A stretch of 64,000 bases of DNA from NCBI GenBank assembly GCA_965223505.1, contig CBDCWP010000007.1, positions 1 to 64,000 of the forward strand, written 5' to 3'. The stretch comes from Planctomycetota bacterium. Its GTDB lineage: Bacteria > Planctomycetota > PLA2 > JAEUHO01. The number at the start of each line of letters is the position of its first letter. The stretch's first letter is position 1. Below are positions 54,383-64,000 of the stretch, piece after piece. The notes beneath the pieces were generated by a model. That model was given only the letters and a program-made list of their open reading frames with translations, made no database searches and was not told the DNA's origin. The translations under genes were made by a program, and so were the position numbers.

Positions 54383-55567
54383 CTACTTGGCTCCAGTCTC
54401 AGGCCACATGCCATCGAAGTGCTTCATCGCAAACTCACGAATCACCCTCTCGACTTCCTTCGCATGACGCTCAACCACTCTCACGTTCTTTTCAGAGGCA
54501 CTCTCGCGCAAAGTAGAACCGGGCTGTAGCCACGCGTTTTCGACAGTCTTGCGAACTGCCTGTCTTGAGGGCGCCAGCGCTCGCTCGCTCTCTACGAGCT
54601 TGGCAATGTCTTCTCGAGCCGCCGGCGTATCGAAGACAGTCTGGGCAAGTCGATCGGTCGCCTCGCTCAACCGCTTGTCGCTCAATGAGCCTGCTGAGCA
54701 CTCATTGAGCAGCCCCACTCCTCGGAAGACATGCAGAGCCCTGAAGAAGCGGTCAGATTCACGAAGCTGCGGATCCAAGTCAGGCGTGGCCAGTATCGTA
54801 TTGATGCGCTCTTTCCACTCAACCTGCTCAAGTTCGACGCTCCGACGCGTGAGTGTGGTCTCAGCGCCGGTCGACTCGGACCGGGCACGGGCAGAGAAGA
54901 GAAGACCTGTCGAACGATCAAATACCAGTTCGGCTCGTTTGGAGGAGAGCACTACTCGCTTCTTTGCTTCGTCTACGCGGACTGACTTGGTCGCGAACAG
55001 CTCTCGATCGAGCCAGCGAGCTGGATGCCCTTCACCAACGCCGAGGCCCCACTCGTATGAAGTCGTATCATCGGCTGCCTCATCAATGAGAATCTGCACG
55101 TAGGTCGAGTGGCGCTCCATCTTCAATCTTGGAAGTTTCCAGTCCCTACAGATCTCGTCTAGAGTCGTTTGCACTCGCTTGACCTGCTTGTTCAACTCAT
55201 TAGGCCCTCGGCAGGAGTAGACTGCCGTGCCGTTCGCCAGGCTCACAAAGCGTGAGCCATTGCCAGCAGACCATAGGGTCGTGAGTTTGCCTTCTCCTCG
55301 CAGTCGAAGATAGGCGCCCGTGAGGTCCCCGCTCCTGAAGAGCTCTCCGAGCCCCTCCCTTGGTTCGACGAACGCCAGACTGCCCGGCGTCATCTCCAGC
55401 CTGTAGGCGATGTGCAGTTCCGCCTGTCTGTCAACACTGGCCTGCAGCTGCTTTCGTAGCACCTCGGAGCTGCGAGCGCCTTCCTCAGCATTGGCAGTAC
55501 CAGCGACAATCAACGTGAGGACTAGCAACGCTCGCCGATACATGGCCAACATGATACTCGCGAGCAA
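54383..55567 (-). CDS. Secreted hypothetical protein (island cargo, atypical codon usage)
   Basis: Signal peptide RRALLVLTLIVAGTANA. Visibly more AT-rich third positions than flanking genes. Exact start uncertain. Confidence 0.6.
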   Translation of the reverse strand: MLASIMLAMYRRALLVLTLIVAGTANAEEGARSSEVLRKQLQASVDRQAELHIAYRLEMTPGSLAFVEPREGLGELFRSGDLTGAYLRLRGEGKLTTLWSAGNGSRFVSLANGTAVYSCRGPNELNKQVKRVQTTLDEICRDWKLPRLKMERHSTYVQILIDEAADDTTSYEWGLGVGEGHPARWLDRELFATKSVRVDEAKKRVVLSSKRAELVFDRSTGLLFSARARSESTGAETTLTRRSVELEQVEWKERINTILATPDLDPQLRESDRFFRALHVFRGVGLLNECSAGSLSDKRLSEATDRLAQTVFDTPAAREDIAKLVESERALAPSRQAVRKTVENAWLQPGSTLRESASEKNVRVVERHAKEVERVIREFAMKHFDGMWPETGAK

Positions 55568-55789
55568 ACGCGCCCCTCAACCCGTCAACTCCGCGACTGG
55601 CTGGCGGTACTAGAGAATTGGGAGCTAGCGTCCAAGTTCGCTAGGATGGTTTGCCGAAGCATGCGCTCGGAGGGTCGTTGATCTTCGCCGGGACTGGGCT
55701 TATCCCACACGCATGAGCTTCGCGCCCGGTGCCGCCCAACCTGCGGATTCCGGCGCCGCCCCGGCTACGCTGGCGTTTGGAGACCCAGC

Positions 55790-57886
55790 GTGAAGCGCCT
55801 GATCCGATTCCTCCCCCTGCTCGCCGTCGCGGCCGTGCTCAACGTCGCGTTCGTCGGGGACTTCATGCGCTCGACGCTCCCCGAACGCAGGCCCGCGCCC
55901 GCCGCCGATGCCGACACCGTGCCTCGCGTCGTCGTGCTCGGGTTCGACGGCGTCGACGCCCGCATGCTGCAGGCGTACATCGACGCGGACCAGCTGCCCG
56001 CCCTGGCCTCGCTCGCGCGCGACGGCGCGTTCCATCCGCTCATGAGCGAGATCCCGCCGGAGTCGCCCGTGGCCTGGGCGAGCCTGATGACCGGCGTCAA
56101 CCCCGCGCGCCACGGCGTCTACGACTTCGTCACGCCCGGCCCGGGTTACGAGCCCCAGAACGGGATGGTCGACATCCGCCGCGCGCGCCTGCTCTTCGAC
56201 CGCGTCCCCTTGCGTGCACCGCGCGTGCGCTCGCGCCTCCGCGCCCCGACGTTCACCGAGCTCGTTCGCAATGCGGGCTACTCCGTTCTGGCACTACGCC
56301 AGCCCTTGCTCTTCCCGGTGCCCGATCGTCCGGGTGCGCACATGACCCCCGGACTGGGCACACCCGACGTTGCCGCATCCTCCGGATTCGGCACGCAGTA
56401 CTCCGCGGCCCTCGGGTTCACGTCCGGCGTGACGACGTTCGGCACGTATCGCGTCCCGTTGCCGGTCGCTCCCCCGGATGAGCGGTACGACACGCTGCTC
56501 TACGGACCCTACGACCCGAGCTTGGGCCGCAACGCGCGTGGCGGCCGTCGGCGCGCGTCGGTTCCGCTGCGTTTCGAGGTGCGCGCGGACGCACGCGTTC
56601 GCATCACGCTGGCCGGGGTCGTACAGGACGTACGTGTCGGCGACCGCAGCGACGTCTTCTCCGTTCGCTTCGAGCTCGGGTTGATTCCGAGTCGATCGGT
56701 CGACGGCGTCGTGCGATTCGAGGTGAAGAGCGTCGATCCCCTGAAGGTGCTCGCCGATCCCGTCAACTTCGATCCGCGCAACGCCCCCTTCCCGCTCTCG
56801 ACACCCGACGACTACGGCGCGAAGCTCTGGAACACCTACGGGCCCTACGAGACGGTCGGTTGGCAAGAGCAGACGATGCCGCTGAACGACCGCTTTCAGA
56901 GCGACGAAGACTTCCTGCGCGACCTGCTCGAGGACATGGACCGCGGCGGCGGCATCCTGATGGGGGAACTGGCGCGCAATGACCGCTGCGTGTTCGCCTG
57001 CTTCACCGCGACCGACCGGGCGTGCCACGGTTTCTATCGCTACCGCGACTTTGGTCATCGCCTCCACGACGACCGAAGCAAGAGTCTCGACGATCCCATC
57101 CTGCAGGTCTTCCGGAAGATGGACACGATCGTCGGCGCCGTGAGAGCACGACTCGACAAGGACGACCTGCTGTTGATCGTCTCCGATCACGGCTTCCAGA
57201 CGTGGCGCTGGGCGGTCAACATCAACCAGTGGCTCGTCGACGAGGGCTACATGGTGTTGAAAAGCGACGCCGAGGAGAAGGGACTGGCGCCGTTCTTCGG
57301 CGGCGAGACCGGCGTCGACGTCGTCGACTGGTCGAAGACGCGGGCGTACGGCCTCGGTCTCGGGCAGATCTACCTGAACCTACGCGGCCGCGAAGAGCAG
57401 GGCATCGTGGATCCCGAAGACGCCCGCGCTCTCTCCGCGGAGATCCGCGACAAGCTTCTCGCGATTCGCAACCCCTACGTCGATGACGCCCGTCCGGTCG
57501 AGGGCGCCGACACGCCCGTCACGTCGCGCGCGGTCGAGACCGTGACGCTGCTGGCCGACGTCTACGACGGACCCTTCGCGAGCGAAGCGGCCGAGATCCA
57601 GGTCGGGTTCGCGCCCGGCTATCGTGTGTCGTGGCAGACCGCGCTGCTCGGGGGCATGGCCAAGAGCGGCGACGTGTTCGAGTACAACGACGTGGCATGG
57701 TCCGGCGATCACTGCAGCACGTCGCGCGACCGGGTTCCCGGTGTCTTGCTCGTCAATCGCAAGGTCGCGCGGCCTCGCGACGACCGGCCGTATCACGTAC
57801 GTGACGTCGCCGCGACGGTGCTTCGCCACTTCGGCCTTCCGACGGGTGAGCTCGACGGTGTGCCGGTGACCTTCCCGGCGGACTGA
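55790..57886 (+). CDS. Alkaline phosphatase superfamily / type I phosphodiesterase-like protein
   Basis: VVLGFDGVD, PPESPVAWASLMTG, HGVYDF, TDRACH, VSDHGF and WSGDH. Confidence 0.88.
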   Translation: MKRLIRFLPLLAVAAVLNVAFVGDFMRSTLPERRPAPAADADTVPRVVVLGFDGVDARMLQAYIDADQLPALASLARDGAFHPLMSEIPPESPVAWASLMTGVNPARHGVYDFVTPGPGYEPQNGMVDIRRARLLFDRVPLRAPRVRSRLRAPTFTELVRNAGYSVLALRQPLLFPVPDRPGAHMTPGLGTPDVAASSGFGTQYSAALGFTSGVTTFGTYRVPLPVAPPDERYDTLLYGPYDPSLGRNARGGRRRASVPLRFEVRADARVRITLAGVVQDVRVGDRSDVFSVRFELGLIPSRSVDGVVRFEVKSVDPLKVLADPVNFDPRNAPFPLSTPDDYGAKLWNTYGPYETVGWQEQTMPLNDRFQSDEDFLRDLLEDMDRGGGILMGELARNDRCVFACFTATDRACHGFYRYRDFGHRLHDDRSKSLDDPILQVFRKMDTIVGAVRARLDKDDLLLIVSDHGFQTWRWAVNINQWLVDEGYMVLKSDAEEKGLAPFFGGETGVDVVDWSKTRAYGLGLGQIYLNLRGREEQGIVDPEDARALSAEIRDKLLAIRNPYVDDARPVEGADTPVTSRAVETVTLLADVYDGPFASEAAEIQVGFAPGYRVSWQTALLGGMAKSGDVFEYNDVAWSGDHCSTSRDRVPGVLLVNRKVARPRDDRPYHVRDVAATVLRHFGLPTGELDGVPVTFPAD

Positions 57887-58051
57887 GCCTCGCTGGATAC
57901 CTGTTTTCCATTCACTCCGCGTGCATACTTCGTTGCCGGGACGACCGTCCTCAACCAGGCCGCGGAGCCCATACTTTGGGGCGCTCGGCGGAGTTCGCGA
58001 TGTCAGTCTACGCCTGTGGAAGACGCCGATCTCGGCGATCGCGAGGTCCGC

Positions 58052-59596
58052 ATGCACGCGACGAACAGGCCCGAGCTGCGTCGGTTTCGCCTGTTGGTCG
58101 TCTGGGCGTTGCTGGCCGCCGCCATGGTTGCTTGCGGCGACGAGCGGTCGCCGGAGTCGGACGTCCGGCGCGCATTCGACCGCACGCGACCGAACCTCGT
58201 CGTCATCTGCATCGACACGCTTCGCGGCGACGCGCTCGAGGCGACCGCCGCCGGTGAGCCCCGGATGCCCTTCACCGCGTCGCTCGCAAGGGACGGCGTT
58301 CGTTTCGACCAGGCGGCGGCACCGGCGCCGTGGACGGTTCCCTCGGTCGTCAGTCTGCTGACCGGGCTGTGGCCGAGCGAGCACGGCTGCAATCGGCCTT
58401 TGGAAGATCCTTACCTGCTCGATCCCGTGCAGACCTACGCGGAGACGCTTCGGGACGAACACGGCTATCAAACCGCCGCCTTCGTGGGCGGCCCTTGGTG
58501 GTCGAAGTCGTTCAACCTGTTCCAGGGATTCGACGACGGCACGACGGACTTCGGGTTGCAGGGCACGGACGAGGTCGTCTTGCCGTGGGCGGAGCGGCGC
58601 GAGGCCGCACGGCCGTTCTTCCTCTACCTGCACACCTACGAAGCGCACGATCCGTACGGTCGTCACAATCATCCGTTCCCGGACAACCCTGCCAACATCA
58701 GGACGAAGCGAAGGGTCGACGTCGACGAGCTCGACGAGGCCCACGAGATCGCACGTGCGTTCATGCTCGACCACGCGGCGCGAAGCGCTTTGGCGAAGCG
58801 GTATCGCGGGGGCCTTCAGCACATCGTGGCGAAGTACTTCCACTCGGGCTACCGAGACGACCCTCGACCCGAGCTCGCCGCGGAGCTCGAGCGCGAGTAC
58901 TGGAAGGGCGTCGCCTGGGTCGACTCGCTGATCGAGAGCACCGTCGCGTCCCTCGAGGCGGCCGGGCTCATGGAGAACACGCTGTTGGTGGTGACCAGCG
59001 ATCATGGCGAGGCGTTCGGCGAGCACGGAACGCTGATGCACGGCCGGGTTCTCTACGACGAGCTCGTTCACGTGCCGTTGGTGATGGTCGGTCCGAAGCC
59101 GTTCGACCGGGGCGCCGTCGTCTCGTCCAGCGTGGGCCTGATCGACGTCATGCCGACGTTCTTCGATTGGGCGGGCTTCGATCAGCTGCGCGATGCGCGG
59201 GGCGTGTCGATGCTGCCGCTGCTCGCGGAGAAGCGTGAGCCCCGCCCGGTTCTGTCCGAGGAGCTGCTGACCTACCTCAACACGACCGAAGATCGGCAGG
59301 ACTTCCTCGTATCGCTGCGCTCCGAACGCTGGAAGTACGTCGCCACGTTCGACGCCCTGAACAACACCCATCGCGAAGAGCTCTACGATCTCGCGGCCGA
59401 CCCTGGTGAGAGCAACAACCTGACCGTCAACTGGCGCGTGCCCGTCGCCACGGAGCTGAACGTCGACTTCTGCCTCGGGATCGCCAAGGCACGGCGGCAC
59501 CTGTGGAAATGGGCGTCCGGCCGGGTGACCCCGCCCGAAGGAGGGGCCGGGACGCATCCCGTCCGGCCGCTTTCGTGCGAATCCGAGAATCGCTGA
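58052..59596 (+). CDS. Sulfatase-like hydrolase lipoprotein (Thr at the nucleophile position)
   Basis: Lipobox MVAC. IDTLRGD, APWTVPSVVSLLTG, HTYEAHDPY, TSDHGEAFGEHG, HVPL and ELYDLAADPGE. Confidence 0.85.
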   Translation: MHATNRPELRRFRLLVVWALLAAAMVACGDERSPESDVRRAFDRTRPNLVVICIDTLRGDALEATAAGEPRMPFTASLARDGVRFDQAAAPAPWTVPSVVSLLTGLWPSEHGCNRPLEDPYLLDPVQTYAETLRDEHGYQTAAFVGGPWWSKSFNLFQGFDDGTTDFGLQGTDEVVLPWAERREAARPFFLYLHTYEAHDPYGRHNHPFPDNPANIRTKRRVDVDELDEAHEIARAFMLDHAARSALAKRYRGGLQHIVAKYFHSGYRDDPRPELAAELEREYWKGVAWVDSLIESTVASLEAAGLMENTLLVVTSDHGEAFGEHGTLMHGRVLYDELVHVPLVMVGPKPFDRGAVVSSSVGLIDVMPTFFDWAGFDQLRDARGVSMLPLLAEKREPRPVLSEELLTYLNTTEDRQDFLVSLRSERWKYVATFDALNNTHREELYDLAADPGESNNLTVNWRVPVATELNVDFCLGIAKARRHLWKWASGRVTPPEGGAGTHPVRPLSCESENR

Positions 59597-61086
59597 TCCT
59601 CGTACTGCTGCTCTTGGCGGCTTGCGCCGAAGACGAGCAGCCGCGAGCACCCGTGCGCGCTTACGACAGCGACGGTGCGCTGCTGATCGACCCGCCGACG
59701 ACGCGGCGTCCCAGTCTCGTCGTCTTCGTCCTCGAGGGCGTCCGCGCCGACGCGGTGCACGGCGACATGTGGCTGGCCGCCGATGGCGACGTCTCGAGCG
59801 CCGCGCTGCGCTGCGAGAACGCGGCGGCGCCGTCGCCGCGCGCCGTGCCGTCGTGGGTCAGTCTGTTGACCGGCCTGCTGCCGAGCGCGCATGGATGCGA
59901 TGCGCCCGGTCGCCACGCGTCGATGCCGGCCGCGGTGACGACGTATCCCGAGGCGCTCGCGAAGGGGTTCGGCTACGAGACCGTCGCGCTCACTACAGGC
60001 CGCTGGCCTCCGGGGTTCGACACCGTGCTCCAGGGCTTCGAGACGATCATCGACGGGCGCGACCGCGCGATCGCCGAGCTCGGAGAATGGCTCGCAGGTC
60101 GCGACGCCACGCGACCGTACTTGCTCGTCTTGCGCATCGACGCGGCCAACGGGACCTACGACGCGCGGCGACTCCAGCCCGACCGCTCGCTTCCGAGGCC
60201 CGCGGTTCCCGACACGCTGCCGACCGATCGGGAGCTCGCGGCCATCGACGCGTTGGACCTCGCCCAACGCGATTCGTACCGATCCCGATTCGGCTACCGC
60301 TACGAACGCGCGGTCCGCCGCTACCGATTCGAAGGGTTCGCCCGGGCGCCGGACGCGCCGCTGTCCAAACGGCTGCGCGACGCGTACGACCGTCAGGTTG
60401 GGCGGGTGGACGATCTCGCACGGGCGATGCACGGGCTCCTCTTCACCGACGGCGGGGACGACACCTTCTTCGTCGTGACGTCGTCGAACGGCCAGGCGTT
60501 CGGCGAGCGCGGCACGCTGGGCGAGGGGCTTGGTCTTCGCGACGAACACATCCACGTGCCTCTGGTCGTTCTGGCGCCGAGGGTCCTGCCGCGTGCGCGT
60601 TGGCGCGGAAGCGTCGGCGTGATCGACGTCTTCCCGACGCTGTTCGACTGCGCAGGCTTCACGCCGCTTCAGGGCGTTCACGGACGTTCGTTTCGCGAGG
60701 ACGCGCTCCGTTCCGGAGACGGGCGTCCGGTGTTCAGTGAGGAGCGGCTCGGGCGCGACAACACCGGCGTCGACGTGATGCGCATTCTCACCAGCGTTCG
60801 ATCGACGCGCTTCAAGTACGTCATCACGTTCGATCGCTTGGCGGGAACCGTCCTCGAGTCGACCTTCGACCTCGACGCCGATCCGGAGGAGCGTCTCGAC
60901 CTTGCGAAGCAAGGACGTATCGAGGGCCTCGTGTTCGATGCCGCGTTCTGCGACGCGGTCGAGGCCGCGCGCGATCGAATCTGGGGCGCCGCCGAGGGCG
61001 TGAAGCGGCGCGAGCACACGCCGTACGGCGCCGGCGAGGCGCAGGTGACTTCGAAGCGTCCGGCGTCGTGCGCCCCGACACGCTGA
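59575..61086 (+). CDS. Sulfatase-like lipoprotein with degenerate catalytic motifs
   Basis: Lipobox LAAC. Paralog of the preceding gene but with LEGVRAD, PRAVPSW, IDAANGTY and TSSNGQAFGERG. Confidence 0.75.
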   Translation: MRIRESLILVLLLLAACAEDEQPRAPVRAYDSDGALLIDPPTTRRPSLVVFVLEGVRADAVHGDMWLAADGDVSSAALRCENAAAPSPRAVPSWVSLLTGLLPSAHGCDAPGRHASMPAAVTTYPEALAKGFGYETVALTTGRWPPGFDTVLQGFETIIDGRDRAIAELGEWLAGRDATRPYLLVLRIDAANGTYDARRLQPDRSLPRPAVPDTLPTDRELAAIDALDLAQRDSYRSRFGYRYERAVRRYRFEGFARAPDAPLSKRLRDAYDRQVGRVDDLARAMHGLLFTDGGDDTFFVVTSSNGQAFGERGTLGEGLGLRDEHIHVPLVVLAPRVLPRARWRGSVGVIDVFPTLFDCAGFTPLQGVHGRSFREDALRSGDGRPVFSEERLGRDNTGVDVMRILTSVRSTRFKYVITFDRLAGTVLESTFDLDADPEERLDLAKQGRIEGLVFDAAFCDAVEAARDRIWGAAEGVKRREHTPYGAGEAQVTSKRPASCAPTR

Positions 61087-61103
61087 ACGTCACAAGGACG
61101 TCG

Positions 61104-61985
61104 CTACGCCAGCTCGCGCAACTGCTCGTACAGCGCCTTCTGCGCGTCCGTCGGCTTCGCGGGGACGTCGACCATCACCGTTGCCAGCAGATCGCCGCCG
61201 CGGATTCCCTGGCCTTTGAGCCGCATGACCTGGCCCGACGAGGTGCCCGCAGGGATCTTCACCTGGGCTTCGCCGCGCAGCGTGCGTACCGTCGCGCTTC
61301 CGCCCAGCACCGCGGTGTGCGCAGGCGTGTGCAGCGCCACGTGAATGTCGTTGCCGTCGCGTCGCATGGACGGATCGGGCGCAACGCGGATGCGCAGCAG
61401 CAGGTCGCCGGGCGGTCCGCCGCGCATGCCCGCCTGACCGAGCCCGTTCAGACGCAGCTTGGCGCCGTCCGACGTGCCCTCCGGAATCGTGACCGTCACT
61501 TTGCGCATCGCTCCGCCGGCGCCGCCCAGCGACGGCGCGCGCAGCGTGACCTCGACCTTGCCGCCGAGCGCGGCGGTGCGGAAGTCGACGCGTAGCTCCG
61601 CTTCCATGTCGCGGCCGCGCTGCTGCACGTTGCGTGCATGGAACGGCACCCCGAAGCCGCCGAACAAATCGCCGTAGCGGCCGAGGATGTCCTCGATGGA
61701 GATCGACTGGAAGTCGCCGCCGAACATGTCGCCGAGGTCGCCGATCCCTCCGCCGAATCCGCCCCGAAGGCGCGCGTCGTAGGCCTTGCGCTTCTGCGCG
61801 TTCGACAGCACGTCGTACGCCTGGGAGAGCTCCTTGAAGCGCTCTTCGGCCTGCTTGTTCCCCGGGTTCTTGTCCGGGTGGTACTTGATCGCGGCCTTCC
61901 GATAGGCCTTGCGGATCTGGTCGTCGGAGGCGTCCTCGGGCACGCCCAGCACTTCGTAGAGATTCTTGGCGCTCACGGCGAGCAA
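61104..61985 (-). CDS. DnaJ/CbpA-class co-chaperone (J domain plus C-terminal domain, no zinc finger)
   Basis: [33 protein letters not shown] and GGPPGDLLL. Start at TTG 61985 or GTG 61976. Confidence 0.92.
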   Translation of the reverse strand: MLAVSAKNLYEVLGVPEDASDDQIRKAYRKAAIKYHPDKNPGNKQAEERFKELSQAYDVLSNAQKRKAYDARLRGGFGGGIGDLGDMFGGDFQSISIEDILGRYGDLFGGFGVPFHARNVQQRGRDMEAELRVDFRTAALGGKVEVTLRAPSLGGAGGAMRKVTVTIPEGTSDGAKLRLNGLGQAGMRGGPPGDLLLRIRVAPDPSMRRDGNDIHVALHTPAHTAVLGGSATVRTLRGEAQVKIPAGTSSGQVMRLKGQGIRGGDLLATVMVDVPAKPTDAQKALYEQLRELA

Positions 61986-62014
61986 GGTACCTCCAATCGG
62001 GCCGTGACGAACCT

Positions 62015-62344
62015 ATGCTGGCCCCGATGCCCACTCGTTCGGCCGAGGCGCCCGTTCGCGATCTCCCCGTGGAAGGAATGCACTGCGGCGGTTGCGCGGC
62101 GAGTGTCGAGAAGCTCGTCGCCGGCCGCCGATCGCTCGGTCGCAGGCCGGCTGGGCATCGACGCGTCGAGGCGGAGATCGATCCGCTGGGGAAGGCGGCG
62201 CGCGTCAAGGCGCGGCGCGAACGAGGCGTCGTCGCGATGGTCGGCGACGGCGTGAACGATGCGCCCGCGCTCGCGGAGGCCGACGTCCAGTGTGTCCGTG
62301 GTGACCAACTCGCTGCGGCTGCGGCGGGTGCGGCTCTAAGATGA
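62015..62344 (+). pseudogene. Collapsed remnant of a heavy-metal P1B-type ATPase (CopA-like)
   Basis: HMA motif VEGMHCGGCAASVEK joined within about 40 codons to KAARVK...VAMVGDGVNDAPALAEADV. Confidence 0.7.
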
Positions 62345-62351
62345 CCTCCTG

Positions 62352-63146
62352 ATGAAGGCCCCCGCGCACCACCGCCTGCCGCCGATCGCGGACCTCCCGC
62401 CGATGGCGACACCGGTTCACGTGGTGGGGGACGTTCATCTATGCCCCGAGGAGCCGGAGGTCGTTCAGCGCTTCTTGGCGTATCTCGACAGCGTCGCCGC
62501 GCGCGGCGGCACGCTGGTCCTGCTCGGCGACGTCTTCGACTACTGGGTCGGCCGCCCGCAGGCGCGCGACGCGTTCTCGCAACCGATCCTGGCGAAGCTG
62601 AAGGCGGTGGCGGAGGCGGGGGTCGAGATCGCGTTCCAACCCGGCAATCGCGACTACCCCTTCGACGGCAGCGAGGAGATGCCGATCACCGTTTGGCCCG
62701 ACGTCGTGCGCACCCTTTGGGGCGACCGCACGGTGCTTCTGACGCACGGCGATCTTCTGTGCACGTCGGACCACGGCTACTTGAAGTACCGCAACGCGAC
62801 CCGGACCGCGAACGGCAAGCAGCGGCTCTGGAGCCGGCTGATTCCCTATTCGGTCGCGAGCTATCTCGCGCGCGGCCTGCGCAACGTGTCCATGCGCGAG
62901 ACGAAGCGCAAGTCCCCGTCGATGATGGGCATCGACTATGCCGTCGCGCGCTCGTGGCTCGAGACGGCCGACGCCGACGTGCTCGTCGCGGGGCACGTGC
63001 ACACCGGTGTGCACCATTACCTGCCCGAAGATCCCGATGCGAGCTCGCGACGCGACGTGTTCGTCCTGCTCGACTGGGAGCACGGCGGCGGCGTCGTCGA
63101 GTTCGACGGGTCGTCGATCCGCCTGGTGCGACCGGAGGGGGCATGA
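62352..63146 (+). CDS. lpxH: UDP-2,3-diacylglucosamine diphosphatase (LpxH-like metallophosphoesterase)
   Basis: GDVHL, LGDVFDYW, PGNRDY, THGDLLCT, GHVH and LLDW. Start may be ATG 62403. Confidence 0.75.
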   Translation: MKAPAHHRLPPIADLPPMATPVHVVGDVHLCPEEPEVVQRFLAYLDSVAARGGTLVLLGDVFDYWVGRPQARDAFSQPILAKLKAVAEAGVEIAFQPGNRDYPFDGSEEMPITVWPDVVRTLWGDRTVLLTHGDLLCTSDHGYLKYRNATRTANGKQRLWSRLIPYSVASYLARGLRNVSMRETKRKSPSMMGIDYAVARSWLETADADVLVAGHVHTGVHHYLPEDPDASSRRDVFVLLDWEHGGGVVEFDGSSIRLVRPEGA

Positions 63147-64000
63147 GGTACCGCGACCCCGTCTACCGGCCGCCGTCGGAGGCCAACTCGTACCTGTTGC
63201 ACGTGACCTACGGCTGCAGCCACAACGAGTGCACGTACTGCGCGATGTATCGCTCCAAGCGGTTCGAGGTCCGGCCGGTCGCCGAGGTCCTGGAGGACAT
63301 CGAGACCGCCGCACAGCTCATGCCCGAGACGCGCCGCGTGTTCCTCCTCGACGGCGACGCGCTGACGCTCTCGGCCAAAAAGCTGATCCCGATCCTGGAG
63401 GCGCTGCGCGTCCACTTTCCGAACCTGCAGCGCGTGACCGCCTACGCCAACGCGATCTCGGTCAACAACAAGACGGACGAGGAGCTGGTCCGGCTCCGGG
63501 AGCTCGGCTTCGCGATCGGCTACATCGGCCTCGAGACCGGCGACGAGATCGTCAACGAGCGCATCGTGAAGGGCGCGACGATCGAAGAGCAGGTGCGCGC
63601 GGTGCGGCGCGCCCAGGCCGCCGGCATCAAGATGAGCGTGATGACGCTACTCGGGATGGGGGGGCGGGACCGCAGTCGCGAGCACGCCGTCGCGACGGGC
63701 AGGGTTCTGTCCGAGATGGATCCGCGCTTCATCTCGTGCCTGTGCGTGACGCCGGTGCCGGGGACACCGCTCTACGACGACGTCGAGGCGGGTCGCTTCG
63801 AGGTGATCACGCCGGAGGAGACGCTCGACGAGCTCTACGCGTTGGTCGAGAACACGCATGTCTCGGGCGCCGTCTTCCGCAGCAACCACGCGAGCAACTA
63901 CCTGCCGTTGGGCGGCCGGTTACCGGCGGACCGGGAGCGGCTCTTGGAGGCCATCGACGCGGCCCGCCGCGGCGAGGTCGCGCTGAAGCCGGAGGCATTC
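63143..64000 (+). CDS. Radical SAM protein (runs off the window end; absent from the ORF track)
   Basis: ATGA overlap. MRYRDPVYRPPSEANSYLLHVTYGCSHNECTYCAMY (CxxxCxxC), FLLDGDAL, GLETGD and FRSNHASNYL. Confidence 0.9.
   Translation, partial: MRYRDPVYRPPSEANSYLLHVTYGCSHNECTYCAMYRSKRFEVRPVAEVLEDIETAAQLMPETRRVFLLDGDALTLSAKKLIPILEALRVHFPNLQRVTAYANAISVNNKTDEELVRLRELGFAIGYIGLETGDEIVNERIVKGATIEEQVRAVRRAQAAGIKMSVMTLLGMGGRDRSREHAVATGRVLSEMDPRFISCLCVTPVPGTPLYDDVEAGRFEVITPEETLDELYALVENTHVSGAVFRSNHASNYLPLGGRLPADRERLLEAIDAARRGEVALKPEAF

Noticed and set aside
55568..55790. attR copy of the tRNA-Val 3' end closing the island
   Set aside because: No match to the tRNA 3' sequence was found here.
57380..61017. 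Long minus-strand ORFs (756 aa and 544 aa) and similar R/A/P-rich ORFs throughout the window
   Set aside because: They are antisense or alternative-frame shadows typical of high-GC DNA and overlap well-supported genes.

Overview
High-GC bacterial chromosomal segment. The gene content (ECF sigma/Ser-Thr kinase/FGE modules, sulfatase-like proteins, a PEP-CTERM protein, fused SecDF, OprO/P porin) suggests a Planctomycetota-like genome; this taxonomy is inference. It holds about 50 CDS, including housekeeping genes (nadB, hflX, secDF, yajC, mnmA, HU, folD, polyprenyl synthase, DnaJ/CbpA-like, LpxH-like). It also holds three tRNAs (Ile-GAT, Ala-TGC, Val-CAC), an ECF/anti-sigma/RND-efflux/gingipain operon and a decayed island at tRNA-Val (integrase, IS256 and IS3 remnants). 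The top finding is that two apparently separate ORFs (820-1548 and 1612-1935) are one in-frame gene read through two TGA codons (TGA-GAC-ACC-TGA). These codons sit exactly where the CxxC motif of a TlpA/thioredoxin fold belongs and are followed by an fdhF-like SECIS hairpin. The product would be an exported double-selenocysteine (UxxU) redoxin, encoded divergently from a Tat-exported superoxide dismutase and upstream of a two-component system. Other notable items are a membrane receptor with a cytoplasmic TIR domain between two periplasmic solute-binding domains, structured 150-bp tandem repeats carrying the tRNA-Ile 3' end, a twice-repeated ECF-type promoter, a CxxC-repeat lipoprotein, a cysteine-cluster porin and a probable pseudo-enzyme sulfatase paralog. 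All calls come from reading motifs by eye; no database searches were run.
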